Of a DNA stretch of 64,000 nt, positions 39,509 through 49,078 are shown in pieces. The DNA comes from a virus. The notes under the pieces are model-generated. The model ran no database searches and was not told the origin of the DNA. It saw only the letters and a program-made list of their open reading frames with translations. The position numbers were made by a program, and so were the translations under genes. Location of the stretch: IMG/VR virus record IMGVR_UViG_3300025162_000041, positions 1 to 64,000 of that record. The stretch is one strand, 5' to 3'. How positions within the stretch are numbered: position 1 is the first letter of the stretch; each line of letters begins with the position of its first letter.

Positions 39509-41137
39509 CTATGGATTAGTCCATTCATACTTCAAACTTCCACAGTCCCATATTCTATCCCATCCATTCAACTGCATATTTTCCCATTCAGTAAGTATCG
39601 GGTCAAATGTTTGTAATTTTTTGGAAAGTTCTGTTTTTCTGAATGCAAATCTATGAAATCGTTTTTGATAATTGTGTTTATTTATATACCAATAATTTGG
39701 AACTCCATCCGATACCTTTTGAAACCCAATTTTTTCATAGAGATTTCCTTTGCTCCATCGTCGGTCCGCATATGATACAATTTTGCGGGGGCTGTATTTT
39801 TTGATAAAATATGATAAGAGTTTTCCAGCTATTCCAACAACATTTTTTGATGTGGCAAATCGTATAAGTTCATATGTGTCATTGAAATGAGATTTTTTAT
39901 ATCCCATAATTTTTCTTAATTTTCCAAAAGTCATTACCGAAACTAATTCGGAATTATAATATGCTCCGATATGAATGGATGATTTATCGGAGCCTTGAAT
40001 ATGATACATATTTAGAAATTGACATCCGTCGGGAAATGATATTTCTCGCAATGTACATTTTCTAGCATAAATCGAATTTTCTATAGATATATTGAGAATA
40101 TGAGATAATTTTCTTTTAACTATCTCCTTTTTATTTATCCATTCGTCTTCAAATATTTGAATTAGATAAATCCCTCTATCTTTACATTTTTCCGTTTTAT
40201 TTAAATGATATAATTTCGATTTTCCGCCAGCAATTTCGGAATGATAATAGTTCCCATTTAGTTCTATTGCTATTTTTTCCTTGGGCAAATAAATATCTAT
40301 CTCAAATTTATTATCAAATTCTTTCCTGCAATTAAATCTTATAATTCCATTGTATATCTTTTGTATGAATTCTTTTAATTCATTTTCTATTTGAGAACGA
40401 GGCATTGGATTACATTTATAGCACTGAACACCTATGTAATTATTCTCAAATTCGTTTCCGCATTTTGTACATTTAAACTGATACAATTTCCCTTTGTTGA
40501 ATCCTATGAATTCAGTTTGAGAAAATTGAGGAATAATTGATGTATTTTCAAGAAGTTTATCGTATATTTTTTTACACCAAGTCATAGATGTTTTTCGGGA
40601 AATTTCGGGCAACATCATTGGGTGTATTACTCCGTATTTCTTTACATTATTTTGATGGGTGTTATTTTTTACTGTTTCGGACGATTTACTATATTCCAAT
40701 CCATATTTTATCAGATTGGTTTGTTTTATTTTTTCAATGATTGATGGCAGTCGAAAAACATTATCTACGCCGTATTTGTCCAAACATCCTTGTTTAGATC
40801 TCGTTTGTATCTCGGAAGATGACATTGCTTCGATAGTTCCAAATTTCTGAAGACATGTTTTTTGAACCCGCCTTCTTATTTCAGGAGATAATCCAGCGTT
40901 GGTTACCCCATAGGTTTTCATTGTTGAATTTTCCCGTTTTTTTACAATACATTTTTTGCCACAACACGTGTCAATTTCGGACTCGGAATTTCGACGAGCC
41001 ATGAATATTTTCTCCGAGGATTTTTCAAATATAATGCCACAGATGTCACACTTTGCTATAATAATTCGGCTGGAAAATTTCCCTGTGGAATTCGGGTCGA
41101 TGTTGTACTTTCGAATTGTTTCTTCGTGTAAAATCAT
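39509..41137 (-). CDS. Hef-like putative homing endonuclease, paralog 2
   Basis: Same architecture and C-terminus as 34573-36273; own TTGACA promoter near 41190. Confidence 0.75.
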   Translation of the reverse strand: MILHEETIRKYNIDPNSTGKFSSRIIIAKCDICGIIFEKSSEKIFMARRNSESEIDTCCGKKCIVKKRENSTMKTYGVTNAGLSPEIRRRVQKTCLQKFGTIEAMSSSEIQTRSKQGCLDKYGVDNVFRLPSIIEKIKQTNLIKYGLEYSKSSETVKNNTHQNNVKKYGVIHPMMLPEISRKTSMTWCKKIYDKLLENTSIIPQFSQTEFIGFNKGKLYQFKCTKCGNEFENNYIGVQCYKCNPMPRSQIENELKEFIQKIYNGIIRFNCRKEFDNKFEIDIYLPKEKIAIELNGNYYHSEIAGGKSKLYHLNKTEKCKDRGIYLIQIFEDEWINKKEIVKRKLSHILNISIENSIYARKCTLREISFPDGCQFLNMYHIQGSDKSSIHIGAYYNSELVSVMTFGKLRKIMGYKKSHFNDTYELIRFATSKNVVGIAGKLLSYFIKKYSPRKIVSYADRRWSKGNLYEKIGFQKVSDGVPNYWYINKHNYQKRFHRFAFRKTELSKKLQTFDPILTEWENMQLNGWDRIWDCGSLKYEWTNP

Positions 41138-41235
41138 AGATAATATCCTATATCATGATGTAGTATATCGGAAAAAAATAAAATGTCAACTTTTTAGAAA
41201 ATTATTTCGTGCGGCAGTATTTCTAAGCGTTTTAA

Positions 41236-41260
41236 ACCTTTAGGGTGTGGAGTATGTCAA
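41236..41260 (+). mobile_element. IS605 right-end remnant
   Basis: ACCTTTAGGGTGTGGAGTATGTCAA: 3' half of the hairpin plus terminal TCAA. Confidence 0.5.
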
Positions 41261-41757
41261 CGCTTTTTCTTAGATTCGTTCTGGAGGGGCTGAGGGCCGG
41301 GAACTTCCCGATGTTGTTGGTTATTGCCTTGGTTATCATTTAAATTATAGTACCGACCTAAAATATGACCGATGTCCTGGTAAGCTACACCAGCTTGTTG
41401 CATACGAGCATAAGTTTCTTGAACAATTTTCCGAAACTCGGAGGCTCGTTTTTTCAAATTTTGCATGTCTTTAGTAACAATGTCTTTCTGAAACCATTCT
41501 GTACATTCGTTGATCGCATAGGATTCCGCAAGTTCACAGAGTTCAGTAATACCTTTGGCAGAACTCATAAGGGCTTCTTCGTTTTTTAAACATTCTCCAA
41601 AGTTCTCATACATGGCAGCAAGTTCCATTAGTTTCTTTTTTTTCTCAGGTGGCATTGGAGGTGGCGTCTCGCCAAAACCGTTATCGGGAAGAGTATTATT
41701 TTGCACTGCTTCTACAATGCGCTTCAAAGTTAGTTTAGTCGTCTTAGGAATGCTCAT
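41257..41757 (-). CDS. Hypothetical protein
   Basis: 166-aa ORF; late motif at 41765-41772. Confidence 0.6.
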   Translation of the reverse strand: MSIPKTTKLTLKRIVEAVQNNTLPDNGFGETPPPMPPEKKKKLMELAAMYENFGECLKNEEALMSSAKGITELCELAESYAINECTEWFQKDIVTKDMQNLKKRASEFRKIVQETYARMQQAGVAYQDIGHILGRYYNLNDNQGNNQQHREVPGPQPLQNESKKKR

Positions 41758-41790
41758 ATTATCTTATAAATATCGGTGAAATAAGGATTG

Positions 41791-42114
41791 TCACATGTTT
41801 TTCTCAAGCTGAGGTTGTTTATAATTATCAAAATATTCGATGACATCATTAAAACATTTGAATCTTTTTGCGGGTTGCTTCGGTTCCTCAATATAAAAAT
41901 AAGAAGTCTTTTTTCCAGACGCTTCATCAAGACTCGATTTCTTATAAATTGTCATCTTAGGAGGCTTTTCTGTTTGCATGTGATGGTCATCTTTGACTTT
42001 GAATCCCATTGTTAAAAGGTGATCCACATCGGGCCATCTCAAATCATCTATTTTTATTAACCCCGATTCCTTTTCGTCGTTAGCGGAGTGTAAAAGTTCT
42101 GTGAGTTTTATCAT
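41791..42114 (-). CDS. Hypothetical protein
   Basis: MIKLTELL start; late motif at 42118-42125. Confidence 0.6.
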   Translation of the reverse strand: MIKLTELLHSANDEKESGLIKIDDLRWPDVDHLLTMGFKVKDDHHMQTEKPPKMTIYKKSSLDEASGKKTSYFYIEEPKQPAKRFKCFNDVIEYFDNYKQPQLEKNM

Positions 42115-42146
42115 ACTTATAAATAGTTAAGTTTCCGACTACTCAT

Positions 42147-42842
42147 TTACTTCTCTTCTCCATCTTCGGCTCCTTCTGGTTGGCCTTCTTCTTCCGCCGA
42201 TTCATATTTAGAAAATGCGGTCCAGCAAAATTGATTTCCTTCTTTTACTTTCTTAATTACAGTAGTAGTGTTTTTTCCGAAGTCATCGGTCATTTCATAT
42301 TTCAATAAGAACTTATCACTACTTGTAGGTTTCTCATGCGAAAGTCCAAGTTTAGCTAGAAACCTAATTAAAATATTAGCTCCTTCAGTTTCATTAATAA
42401 AGGTAATGCTTTTTTGAATACGAATTTTGTCATCTATAGTTGTCTCATCATCCTCGGATGGTTCGTTGGCAGCAGTATTGGATGGAGTTGATTGCATTGG
42501 CTGAGCTGGTTGCATTGGCTGGGCTGTTTGGGCGGGAGGATATGATGCTAACTCGGTTACTAATGCCTGCCGTTCCTTCGGTGTCATTTCAATACCACGA
42601 CATTGATTTACATAGCTATCAAAATCTGCGTTGGTATCAAATGTCTTAGCAATTACGTTTGGTTGTGGACGAGAATCTCCGCCTGTAAATTCATTTTCGG
42701 ATACTGATAGATTTCCGCTTGCTGGAATATCAGTTTCTCCACCAATACATCCTTCTTTGAATTTTCGTAAGCCAACAAGAAGCTTACGCTTCTGATCTTC
42801 ACTCATTTGTTCTTTTAATGCTCTCAGCCGCTTGATGTTCAT
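42147..42842 (-). CDS. Hypothetical protein
   Basis: 231 aa; start codon abuts the 397-bp element. Confidence 0.6.
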   Translation of the reverse strand: MNIKRLRALKEQMSEDQKRKLLVGLRKFKEGCIGGETDIPASGNLSVSENEFTGGDSRPQPNVIAKTFDTNADFDSYVNQCRGIEMTPKERQALVTELASYPPAQTAQPMQPAQPMQSTPSNTAANEPSEDDETTIDDKIRIQKSITFINETEGANILIRFLAKLGLSHEKPTSSDKFLLKYEMTDDFGKNTTTVIKKVKEGNQFCWTAFSKYESAEEEGQPEGAEDGEEK

Positions 42843-43239
42843 GTTTTTCCTTTCGTTGCGGAAACCCCTATCCCTTTAGGGTAGGGGATGAGCAACGAAA
42901 TATAATTGATAATTTCTGTTGACATGTTTCTTAGTTCCTGTTATATATATCACAGTTCTTTGGTATATAGTTTGGATAGCAGAAAATAATTGCTTCTATC
43001 CAGTAAAATCAATCAAGCATCGTTTTTGTGAATAGACCAGAAGGCACTCCGCTTGCGGAGGAACCGTTATGTAGGGTCTTTGACTCACAATCAACATCCT
43101 CCTCGTTGCCCGTTAAGGGCAAGCTGGAAGGCAGGCCACGGTCAATTGGCCAATCGTCTGTAAATCTTTCTTGAATTATGTTAAGCATAAGCATTAGAGT
43201 CTGGCAAGCCCCGACCCTTCAGGGTCGCGGGTAGTTGAC
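42843..43239 (+). mobile_element. ORF-less IS605 derivative, 397 bp (promoter plus putative omegaRNA)
   Basis: Target TCAT 42839-42842, guide GAAA 42861, hairpin 42865-42887, TTGACA(42919)-N17-TATATA, several internal stems, right guide CAAG 43205, terminal TGAC 43236-43239. Confidence 0.88.
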
Positions 43240-43470
43240 AATCACTCTATAAGTATGACTGTCTAACTGCGGAATGCACATACAGACAGGAATTGCTCTT
43301 CGTGTATATAAATATCTGCGAATTTTTGTATCATTTTAATTTTCGATACTATTTATATTCTGTAATGCCGCAATCTTTTGCCGCTAATTGACCTACCAAG
43401 GTCTTCGTTTTAATAACCTTCATTAAAGCTTCAATAGCTTTAGATTCCAAAAATAAGGAAAAATATAATT

Positions 43471-45051
43471 ATGGACAGTAATCTTTTCAAAGAAGCTATT
43501 GCCGATGCCAAGGCAGTTCGCCAAACAGCACTCGCTAACGCAAAGGTAGCACTCGAAGAAGCATTTAACGATAGATACAAAATGATGTTCGCCGAGAAAC
43601 TCAAAGAAGAAGCAGAGCAAGAAGAAACTGCGATGCCAGAAGAAGAAAACGGAATGCAACCGCAAGGCGCATCTTCCGTGTCGGAAACAGAAGTGGATGA
43701 CCTCATCCGTGAACTGGAAGCCGAAGTAGGCGAAGAACCACATCCCGAACCCGAAGGCGATGAAGCGGGAGCAGTCCCACCACCGCCCGCAGGAGCAGGA
43801 GCACCGCCAATGGGTGGAGCACCAATGGGCGGAGCACCAATGGGTGAACCTCCAGTAGGCGGAGCACCAGAAGAAATGCCACCAATGGGTGGAGCACCGA
43901 CAGTGTGTCCTCCAGGGACAATTCCATGTCCGGGCGCTCCGGGTGGACAGCCAATCCCACAATCAGGTGGAGCAGGCGCACCTCCAATGGGCGGAGCACC
44001 GCCAATGGGTGGAGCAGGCGCACCGCCAATGGGTGGAGCACCACCGATGGGTGGAGCAGGCGCACCGCCAATGGGTGGAGCGCCAGAAGGTCAAGAACCG
44101 CCTCCATCAGACGTTCCCCCACCATCGGGAGAAGAAGAAGACGAGGAATTCGATTTGAATGAACTTTTGGAAAGCCTCAAAGCCGAAATCGGGGAGGAAG
44201 ACGAAGAGGAAGAAGAAGAAGAAGAGGAAGAGGGCAAGAAACTTGATGAACAGACGAAGCTTACTTCATCTGGTATCGGCAGTGGCAAAGCAGGCGGGTC
44301 TCCAAATAAGAAACCATCCTCAGCCGCAAGTTCTACCTCGAAAATTGAATCCGCTGCCAATGATGACGAAGGTTATCCAACAACGGACCAAGCGAAAGTC
44401 GTGGCTAGAGAAGCAACCCAAGCGAGTCGGCCAAATCAAGCGAAGAACGCAACGAAGACCAATCTGTCTACCCCATCAATGGGCGGAAGTAATGGTTCAG
44501 GTGGACAGTCCGATATCGGATATCCAAAGACCGACCAAGCCAAGGTAACATCCAGGGAAGCTTCTGGCGCAACTCGCCCTAACCAAGCGAAGAACGCAAC
44601 GAAGACAAATCTTTCCACTCCTGGTGGAATGTTGCAAGAGAATTCGTTTCTCAAAAAACAACTTAACGAAGCGGAAGATGTAATTCGCTACGTCAAAGGA
44701 CAACTTAATGAGGTTAACTTGTTGAATGCTAAACTGCTTTACACGAACAAGCTGTTTAAACAATACAACATGAACAACGAACACAAAATGCGTATCGTTG
44801 AAATGTTTGACCTCGCCAAAAATGTTCGTGAAGTAAAGTTGACTTACGCCAACATTACCGAGTCATTGAATTTCGGTGGAACTGAAGTGAGAAGGAAGGT
44901 TCAAACTTCCTCAACAGTTCAGTCTATTACCGAAGGTCTCGCATCAGGCGCAGTCGCATCAACACGGCCCAAGGCTATCATAACCGAAGGCAAGTTCGCC
45001 AGCAGAATGAAACAACTCGCAGGCATTCGTAGCGAACCAACAAAGAAATAA
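43471..45051 (+). CDS. Prohead scaffold protein (gp22-like)
   Basis: Directly upstream of the capsid gene; acidic/coiled-coil; EAIADAKAVR, LNEVNLLNAKLLY, RMKQLAGI. Confidence 0.8.
   Translation: MDSNLFKEAIADAKAVRQTALANAKVALEEAFNDRYKMMFAEKLKEEAEQEETAMPEEENGMQPQGASSVSETEVDDLIRELEAEVGEEPHPEPEGDEAGAVPPPPAGAGAPPMGGAPMGGAPMGEPPVGGAPEEMPPMGGAPTVCPPGTIPCPGAPGGQPIPQSGGAGAPPMGGAPPMGGAGAPPMGGAPPMGGAGAPPMGGAPEGQEPPPSDVPPPSGEEEDEEFDLNELLESLKAEIGEEDEEEEEEEEEEGKKLDEQTKLTSSGIGSGKAGGSPNKKPSSAASSTSKIESAANDDEGYPTTDQAKVVAREATQASRPNQAKNATKTNLSTPSMGGSNGSGGQSDIGYPKTDQAKVTSREASGATRPNQAKNATKTNLSTPGGMLQENSFLKKQLNEAEDVIRYVKGQLNEVNLLNAKLLYTNKLFKQYNMNNEHKMRIVEMFDLAKNVREVKLTYANITESLNFGGTEVRRKVQTSSTVQSITEGLASGAVASTRPKAIITEGKFASRMKQLAGIRSEPTKK
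43795..44085 (+). repeat. Coding tandem repeat (G)APPMGG
   Basis: Repeated GCACCGCCAATGGGTGGA-like units. Confidence 0.85.
44371..44622 (+). repeat. 35-aa internal duplication in scaffold
   Basis: GYPxTDQAKVxxREAxxAxRPNQAKNATKTNLSTP at about 44371 and 44518. Confidence 0.85.
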
Positions 45052-45084
45052 TCTAATTGCGAGAGAAACTAAATAAATAATAAT

Positions 45085-46815
45085 ATGGAAAACGTAAAAG
45101 AACTGTTGACAAATGCGTTGAATCCTCAAGCACGCTTGATGGCCGAAACCCGTGGACTTGTGTCCAAATGGGAAAAGACCGGGCTGCTCGAAGGACTTCG
45201 TAACGACATTGAAAAATCAAATATGTCGGTGTTGCTTGAAAACCAAGCAAAACAACTGATCGAAGAATCATCCGTGACCGGAACTCAGAGCAATTCTGAG
45301 CAATGGGCAGGTGTGGCACTTCCATTGGTGCGCCGTGTATTCGCCGAAATCGCTGCTAAAGAATTCGTATCCGTCCAACCTATGAACCTTCCCTCGGGAC
45401 TGGTGTTCTATCTGGATTTCAAATACGGAACTAACTCCAGTGTATTTAATGCTCAGCCATCTAGCCAAGATTCACTCTTCGGTGGTGTTTCGGGAAGTGA
45501 TGACCTCTATAGCTCATGGAAGCTTGGATCAACCAATGCTCCTGTCGGTGGTCTCTATGGCCCAGGTCGCTATGCCTATACCATCAATGATACTGCAAGT
45601 GTTGTCTCTATTGCGGTCGATACTGCGTCTATTGCAGATATTAACTTCGATACTGGAAATAGCAACGACCCCGTTGCTGCAAGTATCTCTAGTTCCCTTG
45701 CCGCTGGTAATCTTTACACATTGACTACTCGGGGATTGACTGTAACGGCTTCTGCGGGTGGTTCCTACCCCGACCTGAACGCTGTTCGTTCATTCATGCC
45801 TATTAGTGCTCAAATCATTACTTGGTTCCCTGGCTTTTCTAAGTTCAATGGTCCAGAAGCCGTGTTCGTAGTTAGTGCATCCAAGACTGCTGCACCGTAT
45901 CTTTCGCTTATAGGTACCTCTTCTATTAACTATAGCTTGCAACCGAAAGACACTAGCCGTGGTGACTTCGAAGATCGCCTTGGTAAGTGGCAAGGCACTG
46001 ATTCTCTCGGAACAAGCACAGGCTTGAATCGTGATATCGGTATCCCAGAGGTGAACCTTGAATTGCGCTCGGAGCCAATTGTGGCTAAGACCCGCAAACT
46101 CAAAGCAGTGTGGACTCCAGAACTGGCACAAGACCTTAATGCCTACCACTCGGTAGATGCTGAGGCCGAATTGACCGCTCTGTTGTCTGAGTATGTCTCA
46201 ATGGAAATTGACCTCGAAATCCTTGACATGCTTATTAATAACGCCCCAGCAATCAATAAAGAACGCTGGTCGGCACGTCTCAACCGTGAAATCATCAAGA
46301 CGGGACTTAACCAGTACCAAATTGTTGATCAAGTAACGGCTGGCGCAGGTGGATATTACACCAAGGCAACTTGGTATCAAACCCTTGGTAACAAGGTCCA
46401 GAAAGTATCCAATAAGATTCACCAGCTCACGCTGCGTGGTGGTGCAAACTTCATGGTCGTTGGACCAGACGTTGCGACAATCCTTGAATCTATCCCAGGA
46501 TTCGTTGTCAATACCGATGGCGATAGCGCCAAGTTCGCAATGGGTGTGAGCCGAGTTGGTTCATTCGCAAGCCGCTTCCAAGTATATAAGAATCCTTATA
46601 TGCAAGAGAACCTTATCCTTATGGGATTCCGTGGAAATAATTTCCTCGAAACTGGAGCTGTGTATAGTCCGTACATCCCACTCATCCAGACGCCTTTGGT
46701 ATATGATCCCGTCAATTTCACACCGAGACGCGGTGTTATGACCCGCTACGCCAAAAAAATCGTTAGACCCGAATTTTATGGTCTAATCTATGTTTCCGAT
46801 ACTAATCAGGTATAA
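45085..46815 (+). CDS. Major capsid protein (gp23-like)
   Basis: LLENQ, LPLVRR, VQPMNLPSGLVFYL, AKTRKLKAVWTPELAQDL, YSPYIPL, FTPRRGVMTRY. Confidence 0.97.
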   Translation: MENVKELLTNALNPQARLMAETRGLVSKWEKTGLLEGLRNDIEKSNMSVLLENQAKQLIEESSVTGTQSNSEQWAGVALPLVRRVFAEIAAKEFVSVQPMNLPSGLVFYLDFKYGTNSSVFNAQPSSQDSLFGGVSGSDDLYSSWKLGSTNAPVGGLYGPGRYAYTINDTASVVSIAVDTASIADINFDTGNSNDPVAASISSSLAAGNLYTLTTRGLTVTASAGGSYPDLNAVRSFMPISAQIITWFPGFSKFNGPEAVFVVSASKTAAPYLSLIGTSSINYSLQPKDTSRGDFEDRLGKWQGTDSLGTSTGLNRDIGIPEVNLELRSEPIVAKTRKLKAVWTPELAQDLNAYHSVDAEAELTALLSEYVSMEIDLEILDMLINNAPAINKERWSARLNREIIKTGLNQYQIVDQVTAGAGGYYTKATWYQTLGNKVQKVSNKIHQLTLRGGANFMVVGPDVATILESIPGFVVNTDGDSAKFAMGVSRVGSFASRFQVYKNPYMQENLILMGFRGNNFLETGAVYSPYIPLIQTPLVYDPVNFTPRRGVMTRYAKKIVRPEFYGLIYVSDTNQV

Positions 46816-46832
46816 CTAAACCCCTGTAATAC

Positions 46833-46862
46833 AAGGCGTTAGAGCAATCTAACGCCTTTTTT
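46833..46862 (+). terminator. Rho-independent terminator after capsid gene
   Basis: AAGGCGTTAGA-GCAA-TCTAACGCCTT plus T run. Confidence 0.85.
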
Positions 46863-47033
46863 GTTTATGTGGGTATGCAAACAAAGACATGTGCCTTTTT
46901 AGCATATCCGCTTCATTATATTTATAAATATATTTTTGAATTTCTAATTTATTGTTTTTTAATGTTTCGGATATGCAAAAAAGAAAGAAATATTTCCTTG
47001 ACTCTTTTTGGTATATCTGGTATAGTTATTGGC

Positions 47034-49034
47034 ATGAATGATAAAAAAAGAATTGTAATCAACAAACCAAAAAATAAAATGTGTGATATATGTGGTAATG
47101 AATTTTCGTTATATTCATTTTCGGGGCATATAAAACACATTCACAAACTAACTTCCGATGAATATGCCGTAAAATATAGTGAATTTCGGCAACCAAAGAG
47201 AGAGAAATCGACTCGTAATATTAAACAATTGACATGTCAATTATGTAATACGTTAACACCATCCGTTGGAATGTTTACTCATTTAAGAGATAGTCATAAT
47301 ATGATAGTAGATGATTATACCAAACAATTCGGAGAATATAGGCCATCTAAATTAAGGCAATTGGAATATGTTACTAGATTGGATACTATTAAAGAAGAGG
47401 ACAAGGAGGTATGTGTTATATGTAATGCGGAATTTGCATCGGGTATTTTACTTGGTTATCATATAAAAAATATACATAACTTAACAAAAAGAGATTATAT
47501 TTTTAAACATGTTTTTAAAGAAACACGACCGCTATGTAAATGTGGATGCCAAAAAGAAGTAAAACTATTAAATTATTATCCATATAAAGTGGATTATATT
47601 AGTGGGCATAATAAACCTACGCTCGGGTTTAAGTTTTCCGACGAATCAAAAATAAAAATGTCATTAAGTGCAATTGATAGGATTAATACACAAACATTTA
47701 AAAAGACAGATACCAAGCCAGAGTTGGAATTCAAAGTAATATTAGACATATTGCAGATTAAATATGAGCATCCGTACACGGTTAATTTAGGAAAGCGGTA
47801 TGCGTCGGTAGATTTTTATTTATCCGATTACGATATGTTAGTTGAGGTAGATGGAGAATATTGGCATCCGCAAGAATTGAAAGAATTAAATTTTCATATA
47901 TTGCCAAATGTTATATCAGATGGGGACAGACGAGGATTGCAAAATTTATATAGGATACGGGAATTTGACATTGATAAATTTAAGAATTATGCTACAACCA
48001 AGGAATTGGCAATTGAGTATTTAAAAAATTCAATTGGAATTTTTAACCCAGAATTAAAATATAAGCAAGTTATTATAAGCAAAGAATATTTTAAAATGTG
48101 TTTGGATACTAAGGGAGCAAAATATCTTAAATCTTATAATTGGCTATTGAAAAAATTTATTCGTACATTTGTGCCAGTGTTACCGTATCCAGATTTAGAG
48201 GAAAATTTATTGGGTGTGATGGATAAGTTATCGACGATGGATATTGGCAAGGCATACAATAAAGAAACGAGAGAATTTTCGAATAACATATCTACGGTGG
48301 GTCATAATTATTTGAAGCATCATTTCAAATCGTATTGGAAGAGTAAGTTCAATGGAAACCCGAGTCCTGTAGAGGCATGGTTAGACGATAAAATAATGCA
48401 AGAAGTTATAGATTATCGGGTTGGGTGTAATAACAGTGGTGAGATATTTGATTTTAGTTTGCATCAATTAATACGGGGATTGAGTGCTAGAAGGATAACG
48501 GTATCTTTCTTTAAGCCATTGTTGGCTGCTGCTATTTATAGACATTATTTGGGAAATAATTCTGTGCCCGTTGTATTGGACCCTTGTAGTGGCTTCGGAG
48601 GAAGATTGTTGGGGTTTAAGGGAATATATCCGATGGGAAAATATATTGGATGTGAGCCTAATATGGATACATATAATGAACTAATAAAATTGAAAGAAAA
48701 TGGTAAATGGGAGGATACAGTGGAGATATATAATTGTAAGTTTGAAGATTTCATTAATTATAACAATTATAAATTCGATTTAATATTTACGAGCATTCCG
48801 TATTATGATATTGAGATATATAGTAACAACACAGAATATAAATCATTTGACGAGTGGCAGAATACATTCATTAAATCAATAGAACGATATAGCAAAAATA
48901 ATTGTTACATTAACGTTCCCGCAGAGCTATGCAATAGGTTAGGGTGGAAGGATATAGATTCATATATTAGTTCCAACAGGAGTCACTTTGATAAGAAGGT
49001 TGGTAAAAAACTAGATCCTATTATTAAATTATAA
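47034..49034 (+). CDS. Zn-finger + Vsr-like endonuclease + DNA methyltransferase fusion
   Basis: C2H2-like repeats, VDFYL..LVEVDGEYWH, LDPCSGFGGR (SAM binding), FTSIPYY (catalytic-type motif). Confidence 0.7.
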   Translation: MNDKKRIVINKPKNKMCDICGNEFSLYSFSGHIKHIHKLTSDEYAVKYSEFRQPKREKSTRNIKQLTCQLCNTLTPSVGMFTHLRDSHNMIVDDYTKQFGEYRPSKLRQLEYVTRLDTIKEEDKEVCVICNAEFASGILLGYHIKNIHNLTKRDYIFKHVFKETRPLCKCGCQKEVKLLNYYPYKVDYISGHNKPTLGFKFSDESKIKMSLSAIDRINTQTFKKTDTKPELEFKVILDILQIKYEHPYTVNLGKRYASVDFYLSDYDMLVEVDGEYWHPQELKELNFHILPNVISDGDRRGLQNLYRIREFDIDKFKNYATTKELAIEYLKNSIGIFNPELKYKQVIISKEYFKMCLDTKGAKYLKSYNWLLKKFIRTFVPVLPYPDLEENLLGVMDKLSTMDIGKAYNKETREFSNNISTVGHNYLKHHFKSYWKSKFNGNPSPVEAWLDDKIMQEVIDYRVGCNNSGEIFDFSLHQLIRGLSARRITVSFFKPLLAAAIYRHYLGNNSVPVVLDPCSGFGGRLLGFKGIYPMGKYIGCEPNMDTYNELIKLKENGKWEDTVEIYNCKFEDFINYNNYKFDLIFTSIPYYDIEIYSNNTEYKSFDEWQNTFIKSIERYSKNNCYINVPAELCNRLGWKDIDSYISSNRSHFDKKVGKKLDPIIKL

Positions 49035-49078
49035 TTGCCAATGACATTACTATTTATACATGAAGGAGAAAAATTTAT

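Noticed and set aside
42843-43239. IscB/HEARO RNA or IStron reading of the 397-bp element; 61-aa ORF 43009-43194
   Set aside because: The minus-strand GTCAACTACCC start is the reverse complement of the right end and the promoter points in the TnpB orientation. No iscB is present, no group I core was recognised and the ORF has no features. A covariance search is needed to exclude these fully.
46869-47033. Extended N-termini from the ORF track (also 37371, 38620, 32751, 34531)
   Set aside because: They run through promoters, hairpins or upstream genes; downstream ATGs fit better.
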